A stretch of 64,000 bases of DNA, taken from Chlorokybus atmophyticus (Eukaryota; Plantae; Mesostigma and Chlorokybus algae). The notes under the pieces were generated by a model. The model did no database searches, was not told the origin of the DNA, and was given only the letters and a program-made list of their open reading frames with translations. Both the position numbers and the translations under genes were made by a program. The stretch covers positions 249,520 to 313,519 of the forward strand of contig RHPI01000818.1 in NCBI GenBank assembly GCA_009103225.1, written 5' to 3'. Below are positions 53,894-64,000 of this stretch, piece by piece (positions within the stretch are counted from its first letter, which is position 1; each line of letters begins with the position of its first letter).

Positions 53894-56800
53894 ATGCCTG
53901 CGCCTGGCAGGCGGAAGGGCAGGCGAGGTGGAGGCGGAGGAGTGGGTGCAGGCAGCACGTGGAACAAGGGGCCTGTGCTGCCGGCGGCGCTGCGTAAAGC
54001 GCTTGTGGAAGGGGAAGAGGCAGGGGAAGGCACTGCAGGGAGCAACAAGACATCAGGTACTTAGTTTAATCGTTGATAGACAAGGACATGGAATATTGTG
54101 CGGGGATATGGTTTCAACCAATGCTGATCGCTGGTGTTGCTTACTTGAATTGGGTAATAATAACACATGCAGTTTGCACTTATCACGTTTCAGTACAAGG
54201 TGCTAGCTCTATTCAACAATAAATGTTCCTAATGCTGTGCCTGCCCGCATTATCTCTGCATGTCACGCTATGCTGCTTCACTTCACGATTGCAAGCACAC
54301 TTACACAATGTAGTCAGTTGAACGTGGCTTGCCTCTGTTAGCATTTGCATGTACATCGGCTGTAAGCTGCTGCCATTGATTGTCACACTGTTGCAACCGC
54401 TTAGTCCCGAAGCTTAATGAGCAGCTCAAGTTAGGTTGGTCTGTTACACTGCTCATGCCTGATTGCTTGCGGTTATTTAACTGCCCGTTGGGTGTTCTTA
54501 CATTGGCAAAAAATGCCTGACGGAACAGTTCTTGTCACCTTTTTTAGAACAACCTTCTCCAACTCATGCGTGTTTGCAGCTTCAAGTGGGCAGCACTCCC
54601 GCAAACAGAAGCGGCTGCTTGCCAAACAGCTCAAGGTCGGTCTTGCGCAGTTGTTGTTTCAGTTAATGGAGAGTAAGACTTGGTCAGAAAAGACTCGTAC
54701 CTATGCAGTCATTAACAGCATCTTTTTGTGCTCCTGTAATGCACTGCAGGTCCAAAAGCGACAGCAGCATCAAACAGCTTTGCGCGCTCGCAGCAATAAG
54801 CCACAGCCTTTGCAGGCAACACAACCGCAGGGTGCAAAGGCAAAACCCAAGCAGCAAAAGCAGTTGACACATCCATCATCAACCAATGGCACCGCAAAGG
54901 CAAAACCGGCGGCACAGAAGAACAGCAAGCTATCAACAAAAAGGCCAAGGCCTAACCCGAAGCATCTCAGCGCTGAGGATGCAGAGCTCAAGCGGCTGGC
55001 GAAGAAGCTCAAGATCAAGAGCGGCAAGTTGACTGGACCGGATGACGGGCTTCAGGCCTTGCTCGGCGGCCTTGCGGGACCGGATTTGTCCGCTGAGGAG
55101 CTCAGCGGCCGTGAAGGTGGCTTGAGTGATGATGATGAAGAAAGTGGAGAGGACGGAGATCTTGACTCTGAGGCTGGTCTTTTTGATGACCGAGATGAGC
55201 TGCATGGAGATGAGGACGACGATGTTGGTCATGAAGTTGATGAAGATGAAGACGATGGCAATGAAGAGGAGGAGGAGACGGAGGCCAATGCAAAAGGCTC
55301 TCCTCCTAAGGGTGCTAAGGGCGCGTACGTCCCGCCTCATCTGCGGCAGTCACAAGTGGACACGAGCGAGGCAGCGTTGCGGCTTCAGCGTCGCGTGCGT
55401 GGGCTGCTCAACAGGTTGACAGAGGCCAACATCGAGTCGATCATGAAGGAGTCGGTGAGCTTGTACATGACAATGACGAGGCACAACGTGACGTTGGCCG
55501 TCACGTCCGAGATCATCTCGACCTGTGCCAGCGGCAATCGCGGCAATGATCAGCATGCGGCCACCTTCGCGGCCTTCATGGGCGCGGTCTCGGCAGTTTC
55601 CGGCTCCGACGTCGGCGCACAATTCGCTGCAGCACTCGCGGTGAGGCTGGAAGAAGCGGTTGCTGATGATGATAGCCTTGCCAGCCGCAACCTTGCAATT
55701 GCCGCCGCCCACCTTTACGTGTTCGGGGTGCTGGAAGCGGTGGCCATATTCAGCCTGTTGCAGGTGTGTGCGTGTGTGCTTGCGTGTGTACATGCGTGCG
55801 CTTGTGCAATCACACTTCAGTGGTTTCTGCCTGCTGTTCAGTTGATTCTGTTTGCAACTATGTATGCAGATGCTTTGCCAACGATTTACCGAGCAAGATG
55901 TCTCCACGATAGTGGTCTTGCTTCAGTCTTGTGGCATGCAGCTGCGCGCCGAAGACCCTGCGGCCATGAAGGAGTTCATTGTGGCTGTGCATGCACGCGC
56001 TGCTGACCGGTAGGAAGGGGGGGGGGGGGGTGCATTGGCTACTGTTACTATTGATTGTGACAATGCCTCTAGCTTACCTGCACGTTTGCATAGGCCGCAG
56101 GGGGAAGGTGCAATCAGCAAGCGCGTGCAGTTTATGCTGGATATGATTGTGGACATCAAGAACAACAAGGGCGTGGCTGCGCGCAAGAAGGAAGCTGCCG
56201 CTGTGGGCGCTGGCGCCCAGCAAGCGAAGCTTAAGAAGTGGGTGAAGGGCCTCGGGGTGTCTGAAGTGACGCTTCGGTCCGTCACATGGCAGAAGCTGCT
56301 GGAACCCAACAAGAAGGGCCGCTGGTGGCTGCCAGCAGCAGCTGGGGAGGAATTAGGTACATTAACCGCTTTGGTTGACTTGTGCTTCTGTGTGTTTGGT
56401 TCTGTGCGCGTGTGTGCGCGCCCCAGTGCTCTTGTGCTTAAGGCATGCGCACGTGTGTGTTAATGCAAGTCCTGCAAGTGCAGGCGCGTGCAGGAGAATA
56501 TTCTCATGCATGCGCGCGTGCATGCATGCGTTTATGTGCGTGTTACCTTGCCAAACAATTCAAAGCCCAGGGTATGCTCTATTCAGGTTACTCAACACTT
56601 GTTTGCCCGCACAGATAATTTTGCCGGCAGACCCCTTGTTGAAGACAACCAAGAAGGCGCTGAGCTCCTGCAGTTGGCGGCCCAGCAGCGCATGAGCACA
56701 TCAGCAAGGAGGGCAGTGTTCTGCGCCATCATGGCTGCCGAAGACTACCTCGACGCGCACGCAAGGATACAGGGCCTTTCTCTCCCTGGCGCGCAGGCAC

Positions 56801-57632
56801 GGGAGGTCCCGCGCGTGCTTGTGGAATGCTGCTTGCAAGAAGCCGCGTTCAACCCTTATTATGCTGCCCTCGCCACACATTTATGTCAACTTGACCACAA
56901 TCACAAGGTGAGGTTACTCGTACCTCTTGTGCTGTTGTGTATGCAACTGCTTCAACCAAACATGGTATTGCCTTGTTGTGCAGGTCACTTTCCAGTACTG
57001 CTTTTGGGACCATTTCAAGCAGCTGTCGGGTATGGAACTGAGGCGTGCGGCGAACTTGGGCCGTCTCATTGCACACATGGTTGGGTCCTTTGCAATCTCA
57101 TTAGCCGTGTTGAAAACTCAGGTGAGACTTGTGTGTGCTTGTCCAATGTGCCCCATGCAACCACTGCATGATGTTTGCTGCAATGTACGCAAGTGTATTG
57201 CATGCACCGTGCACGTGTTCATGTTTGGTGCAACGTGCGCATTTCTAACATGAGGGCGTTGCATGTGCACTATGTGCATATGCAATGTGTGCAACTTGTT
57301 GAGTGCACTCATGCTGATTCCAACATGTGCATGCGTCACAGGACCTGGTTGACACTGTGTCCATGTCCCCGCGGGGCGTGCTGTGCTTCCGTGTGGTGTT
57401 TGAACATCTCCTCACCGACTACGACGATGAGACTGTGCGCGGCGTGTTCGGCCGAGTGGCCGGCCAGCCCACGCTGGCCCCGCTTCGCGACGGCGTGAGC
57501 GTGTTCATCATCCAGCACGTGCTCATCCCGCGCGTACTGCAGGGGCTGTCAAGCGAACAGGCTGCTGAGATGAAGCGCAGGTGGAAGCTTGGCAAAAAGG
57601 CCATGACGGATATCACGAGCTTCGGCCTGTGA
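53894..57632 (+). CDS. NOM1: Nucleolar MIF4G-domain protein NOM1/SGD1
   Basis: GPVLPAAL N-terminus, acidic linker, AYVPPHLR, MIF4G RVRGLLNRLTEANI...QLRAEDP, KGRWW, MA3 ARRAVFCAIM..EDYLDA...EAAFNPYY...TFQYCFWD. Confidence 0.9.
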
Positions 57633-58661
57633 TAAGATTGCGCTGTGCTGGTATGTGGCGAGAATGTCTCAGTTTTGTAGAGTTAGCATTCCTAGGGAAA
57701 TGTCCCACCAGAGTACAAGTTCAAAGTGATTAGGGGTGGTGGCGTTAGACCCATTTAGTTGGAGGTTCAGCATGATTAACATAAAATGCATATGAGTTGT
57801 ACAGGCAGCAGTGACGTGGAGTAGTAGTATGCAGGTTCTGGGCGAGTTTGCCCAAAAAAAACAAAATTGCACAGTAATGTCCTCACCTTTGCAATCAATT
57901 TTGGGTGCAAATGCCAGTACACAGCGGCGACACATGTAGTGTGGGTGATATCGATAGCTACATTCATTCACCAGGTAACTTGTTATGGCATGAATTAGCA
58001 TTATTGCCATGTTCTGGGGTCAGTATACAGGAACTCAGGTATTACGCTGTGTATGCATGTGCATGGAGCTAAGGTTGCTGTGAGCAAATGTGATGCATAC
58101 AACTTTTGCATGAGATGGCTACTGTTTACATCGTTGCAGGCATAGTGTCAAGCAGAATGAGTTGAGAAAGTAACAGATTTGTTAATACATTTGTCATTTG
58201 CCAAACACTTCCATTCGACCAAGTTATTACACAATGTACTGGGTACTACAGTGACACTGAAGGGCAAGATTAGTTTTGTACGTGCACTTACAATAAGTGA
58301 CTGCATGGCCATATGTACATTACCACACGCATAGTATCATGTATTCTTGAATATGTCATACAATATTAACCTGCTGTATGCATGTTCGTACAAAGTATAC
58401 TAAACAGTTCCAGGCATTGTATGTGATTGGGTCGAGGCACAGTAGCCACCTAACTGCTTAAGAGATTCAAGGAGACTGATGTTGGTTTGTTTTGCAACAG
58501 ACAGAGATAGACAGTTTTTCTTTACTTTCTTTACTCAACGGCAAAATTGTAAAACCACACTCGTTCTACTCTACAATAAAAACTGACACTAAGCTACTAG
58601 ATAGTACGTATATAGTACAGAGCTCGCTGTAGCCAGCAGCCACAGCACTGAGGGAAGTGGC

Positions 58662-60145
58662 TTAAAAACCAGACTGGGGGCCCAGCACGTTCACGAATTT
58701 GAGGTAGCTGATGACCTGGCCAATAATCCCATTGCCGGTAGCAGCCTCAGCGATGATGGCGCCAAGGAAACCAAGCATGGCCCACCGCCCATTGGTTAGC
58801 TCAATCTGCTTGGCATACTGGAAGAGGACACATGCATATCAGCACATACGCAAAAACCTTGACATACATGTAGACTGCTTTACTGACATGCAAATACTGT
58901 TTACTTAGCACACAATCTCACCTTAAACGTGATCTGGGCGTCACGCTCAGCATACGAAGTGTACGCCTCCTGTTCCCTGAGTGAGCTCTCGCTTGTGCGG
59001 GGCCACACGCTCTTGTCACTACCATCAGGCGCCACGTTGAAGTCACCCGCCGCCTTCATGCGCTGAGCTGTGTCCTTAATCTACAAGACATTAAACTTTT
59101 TTAATTCACAACCCACCATGCACGAGGGAAATGCAGGGAAGAGCAATAATGCGGCAATAGTTCAATAATTCCCTACCTGGTTTTGGTTGTCTGGGGCGGT
59201 GAAGTCACCCTTCTGCTTGATTTCAGCGGCGGTCTTGTCTGCGGCATTAACATCAGTGGGCGAGAGGACGGCGTCGGCGGGTGCGTTGAGTCGTGCGTCA
59301 GCGATGGCCTTGAAGTCGTCCGGGGAGGTAAAGTCGCCCAGCTTTTTCAAACGCTCCTCCTCCTCAGCCAGGTTCTTCTCCTCGTTCTCCAAACCGAGGA
59401 GACGCTTGTACCTGGCTGCCTCAAGAGGCTCCATCTGACCACCGGCGGCACGAGTCACGGTCCAGTAGGACGCCAACAATGTGCTGCCACCAGACAACAA
59501 CACCTGCACAGAGGAGGAAATTTATGTTAGTCTTGTGCTGAGATATTAAGCTACGACAGTTTCAGACATTGCTTATGGACCGACTTTTTTACCAGTGTAA
59601 TGAGGAGGTAAAAGTTGGGAGTCACGAGACCAATCTGTTGGAGGATGGGCTTGCCAGTGAGGTACTCCTGGGTGAGACCTGTGAGGAAGCCCATCATGGC
59701 CAGGCGGCCGACCCACAGCTCAGCGAAAGGCTTGAAGCCGAAGATGCCCTCCCCTGTCGGCAAGCCAATGTTCTCCGCCGCCTACACGCAGATACTTTTG
59801 AGACGATGGCATTTGCAACACCAACAACAATGCTTGACTCTCTTCAACCCAAGTGCCTGCAAGCACGTGTGCTATGGCTATGGCACAATGTACTATTTCA
59901 ATTACCAGCTCTGTGGGTGTGAGTGGCTTGTCGCTCTGTGAGGTCTCATTGGGCTTGGTCTGCATGGCGGAAACCAAGAGAGGAGAGCGTGCCTTCCCAG
60001 CAGCACGCCATTGCGAGCTCCTGCGGCTGCCTGCCACAGCTGGCACAACAGCCCTCATCAACCCCAAACCGGCAGGCACAGCCGCCGCCGCCCTCAAGCT
60101 GGCAGACACCCTCACTGATGACGCCGAAGTCACCGCCGCCGCCAT
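58662..60145 (-). CDS. Plastid LHC-like (Lil/ELIP/LHL-type) protein with two chlorophyll-binding motifs and a long repeat-containing loop
   Basis: Transit peptide MAAAVTSASS..., LHC motif AELWVGRLAMMGF, a second hydrophobic helix, and LHC motif IELTNGRWAMLGF; five exons with GT-AG ends. Confidence 0.85.
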
Positions 60146-62326
60146 TGTGATAAGCTCACAACTGAGAGTATGCACTCGATGCTCTGTAGCAGTAACGAAG
60201 ATGCACGCCAAGAATGCTCTTAAGGATGCCGCAAGCCACACAACCGCCAGTGACAAGGAGATGACTGCCACTCATGCACAGCTAGATAGTGTAATGCGTA
60301 TATATACCTGTTTGCCAGCATGGCAGCTTGGGAGTGTTCGATCCAGGTCGAAAGGTGTGCGACGTGGCCGATTGTGAGCAGGCTATGGTGCAAGTTTAGG
60401 CGGCCACGTTGATCCGTGTGCATAGGGCGTGCGAATGATGAGTACGAGCGCGCGCTGTGGGTATCCCCTGCTGATCCAGATCCGACGCTTCCCACTCGCT
60501 GTGCGGCCACATCTGTTGGATGCCCTGCTCTGTCCATTGGCGGCAAAGGAGAGTGTGCGGCCCTGTTGAGTGCTCACAGGCGACCACGTCATGCACCAAG
60601 TGCACGACCGGAACGACGACTGACGCATAGAGCGACCCCAGCCATAAGTTACAGCCCGTACTATATCGTGACACAAAGAATGCACATGAAATGAATTGTG
60701 TGCATGAACCCGAAGTCAAACAAGCAATACAAAAAGATATGTGGAGGCTTGTAAACGGTTGGGGGGGCTTTGCACCATTTTTTGTCAAGGGGAGTTGTAA
60801 TTGGGGGGCTTCTATGCGGAGTGGATATAATAGCTGACATGAGTTGCCAATGTATGCCAACTTGCATGAACAGTGTACAATATGTTGGTTTATATATTCT
60901 CCACACACGCACCACAAAAGAGAGAGAGAAGCTTAAGCATCCCATTTCATGTTGTGGGTTGTATTGTATGCATGTTCAATCTCCTCACCTGTCATCAATT
61001 TCGTGGCGTTTTATATCGTATGGTGGCACCAATACGTCGTAGTCATATTTGCAGCAATTGTATTACATATTGCAAATAGTTGTGCAATATTAAATATAAA
61101 ACCGTAAGGCATAAATCAAGATACCATATTAGCAATATGATATCTTATAACATTACGTGCTGCTGTACACAATAACGTCATCGTGTGGTTTTGCTACGAT
61201 AATGAACTTAAGGCTTACGTCCGTAAGCCTTCAGCATACCAGATGCTCTGTCAGCACGCTACCCCCACACTAGGAATGGCAGGTTTCATTGAGTCTAATC
61301 ATGGCATGGCAGCATGCTATAGCTACGGTAATTAGACTAGGTAGCTTACTTTTATTGGCCAAGAACTATAATTGACAGACTCATTAAACATATTATGCCA
61401 GATACAACTGGATGACAGATTATAACGCGCCAACCATTCAGTATGTTGAACGCTACTTCTACTAGAGGTAGTATCTGATCTTGGTAAACTCAGATAGTGT
61501 AACTTTCGGACCCTGTTTAGCCATGGTAGATGCATGCAATGTGCTGGACGGTGTTTCTCTTCAATGTGGTGTGACCCGAGGAAGAGAGGTCCCTCCCCCC
61601 TGACTACGCGCTCACCTATAGGATGGACCTTCCCGACCGGTGTGTTTTGAGGACGGGGTGGTTAATACTTGAAAGCGCGTGGAGGACTTGTAGAGCTCGG
61701 CTGATAAAAAGACAATATAAGATGGTCACACCCGAAGCGCTGTGATTGATAGTGGCTGCCAATATACTCCAAGCAGTGCCTGTGTGGTATGGGCTTATTT
61801 GTAGCCCAGATGCATTTCTACAGCAAACAAGTAACTAACGCATAAAGGCAAAGCACAAGCATAAGAACAAGCACAAGCTCAAGCATGGCGGAAGCTTAAT
61901 TATAGCAGGGGCAATGCAAGACTATAGCTATGTACATGTGCACTACCTAAGTGCGTGCAAGTGCGGTTGAGGGGCGTATATCAGCAATTAGTAGGAACAA
62001 CCAACCAACCAACCAACATGTGGCTAGCAGCGCCCCTGGTATTGTGCCAATCGTATACATTGCCAAGAGAGTAATGTTACGCATGAGCACCCACCGGCAA
62101 CGTAAGGAATGTGTATGTCGCCGTCACGGCCAATGGCATAGCACAACTCACCCATCGCGACGCATCCAGCATCACGTTGCAGCTGAGGCACATGACTGTA
62201 TGGTCCACACCCTGTGTGGCTTTGCATCGACATTAATGAGCTACACACCTCATGCCACGTACACCCTTGCACGCATGTGCACTCTCGCATGCCCCCCCCC
62301 CCCCCCCCCCGCACGCGGACGCACAT

Positions 62327-62492
62327 NNNNNNNNNNNNNNNNNNNNNNNNNNNNNNNNNNNNNNNNNNNNNNNNNNNNNNNNNNNNNNNNNNNNNNNNNN
62401 NNNNNNNNNNNNNNNNNNNNNNNNNNNNNNNNNNNNNNNNNNNNNNNNNNNNNNNNNNNNNNNNNNNNNNNNNNNNNNNNNNNNNNNNNNNN
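62327..62492. other. Assembly gap (N run) at a poly-C tract
   Basis: N run flanked on both sides by the same Cn-GCACGCGGACGCACAT sequence. Confidence 1.
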
Positions 62493-62633
62493 CCCCCCCC
62501 CCCCCCGCCCGCACGCGGACGCACATACACACTTACTCGCATTTGTATTGCGGCTCTTATGTTAAATTGACCTAATGTTCCCTGCAAGAACGCCACACAC
62601 CAACATGTAAACTAGGACATGATCGATAAGTAC

Positions 62634-62877
62634 CTTTCGCAATTTTCTTCCGGTGGCGTCAACCATCAGTTTAATTTCTGGCGTGGCGGGCACGTGCCGC
62701 GCGCGAGGGTCCACCATCATCGTCGCCTTCACCGTCAGCATGTCCGCCGCGCGGATACAGTGCATCATCGTGCGGAGCTGGGACAACTTCACGCCTCCAT
62801 GTATGCAAACGGCCAGCGCGGACTTGGGAGCGTCATCGTGTCGACACTGCTCGAAAAGTCGGTCCGAGTGTCCGCTG
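62634..62877 (-). CDS. Isolated putative exon of an unidentified gene
   Basis: Open frame with strongly G/C third positions (DAPKSALAVCIHGGVKLSQLRTMMHCIRAADMLTVKATMMVDP...), acceptor CCCTAG and donor AAG|GTACTT. No family recognised. Confidence 0.35.
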
Positions 62878-63962
62878 CTAGGGTACTTCTTGGCTTGAAT
62901 GTGTATTGGTTCATGTACACGTGTGTTATAAGTTGTGCACATCAGGTGGTACATATATGCACATGTGCGCGTGCATGTACTGTTCCAGGTTTAAGTGTGT
63001 CATGAATGTGGACGTATGCGTCATCAACAACTTGCATGCGCTTGGACATGCACACACTCACACTCACACTCACACTCCCTCCATTGTTGTGCAGAACATC
63101 ACAGACAGGCGCGGGGTTCCTTTTAAATTCATGGGTTGGTCGCAGGGCGGGCCCAACCAGTCCATCAGCACCGCGGCGTGTGCACCTCCTTGTTCAGCAT
63201 CCTCACGCCTCCATGCTGCCGAGTTTCGAGTACAGTAACATACACAAGATAATACAGCACGCTTCATACCAGGAACACAACACATAATTGTGCCTCTTGT
63301 AAGGGCCTGATGTCTGACTTGACGACTAGAACACACAAGCACATGCTCATGCGCACATATCTGCACGCACACGCTCAGGAACACGCGCATACTTGCATGC
63401 GCACACACATGTGCACACATGGTGTACTGCAGGTGGTGCATTTGGTGCAGCTTGGAGGAAGAGGTACATCGTGACGGCTCCAAGCGGCAACGCTGTGTGG
63501 ATGAGAGCGCGAACTCAGTTGGTGTGGTGTACACAAACCGTACAGCGTCCAATAGCAGTGGCGGTGGGCGCTAGGTTAGAGTTGACCGGTTAGGGCTAGG
63601 GGCGTCTTCCTACTCCCCCAGCACGTACGTGTATGTCACATCACGGGCTTTCCCGGCGTATGCACACGCAGCATCGAGGTTGGCTTCACGCGCTCGTACT
63701 ACACACCGCTCGGCATTTAACTACCGGTGTGGCTCTCACTCTTCATGCACAAGGTACACCACCTTGCACCTGCACTGCTGACGACAACACCAACACCACC
63801 AACCGCAAACACAACAAGGATAATGACAACAACATCAACAACAACAAACATTGACAGTGGTGTTGATGATGTCGGTGTTTACTTGTTGTTACGCACTGTT
63901 GCTGCTGCAGCTTTACCGCTGTTGTCGTTGTCGTTGTTGTTGTTGGTGGTGGTGGTGGTGGT

Positions 63963-63968
<6 letters not shown>

Positions 63969-64000
<32 letters not shown>
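63969..64000. repeat. (AT)n microsatellite
   Basis: Pure AT dinucleotide run to the window end, preceded by GTT/GGT triplet runs. Confidence 0.95.

Noticed and set aside
60315-60350. tRNA or SINE-like A box and B box (TGGCAGCTTGG, GTTCGATCC)
   Set aside because: The boxes are too close together and no cloverleaf forms.
44512-61515. One 17-kb macro-transposon bounded by the two CAGGG ends
   Set aside because: The termini match only partly, the flanks form no TSD, and the interval holds ordinary housekeeping genes.
62292-62526. Direct repeat flanking the second N gap
   Set aside because: The same poly-C plus GCACGCGGACGCACAT on both sides indicates an unmerged assembly overlap.

Overview
This is intron-rich eukaryotic nuclear DNA with short introns and many CA/GT and CGCA microsatellites. 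An ARF transcription factor with a PB1 domain occurs together with ciliary genes (WDR34, RNF32), which points to a flagellate early-diverging streptophyte alga such as Chlorokybus or Mesostigma (inference). Host genes rebuilt by hand from splice sites: ABCF5-like (3' part), ARF (8 exons, 788 aa), a small plastid-targeted protein of cyanobacterial type, VPS22, WDR34, an SDR, RNF32, an F-box/LRR-like gene, MZT1, a DTW-domain protein, NOM1 and an LHC-like protein. The accessory content has four parts. (i) A decayed ~1.9-kb-unit tandem array at about 6.1-12.5 kb. (ii) A duplicated RNF32 + F-box block in which opposite genes decayed in each copy. (iii) A young Ty3/gypsy chromovirus (36134-43380, TSD CTGCT) with no recognisable gag and an N6-adenine-methyltransferase-like (Dam-like) segment fused ahead of the protease. 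(iv) An indel-free 53-bp tandem array of palindromes (44558 to about 44910) beside a CAGGG terminus and an orphan ORF, possibly the end of a hAT-like element. Items (iii) and (iv) are the strongest candidates for something undescribed. All family assignments come from motif recognition; no database searches were run.
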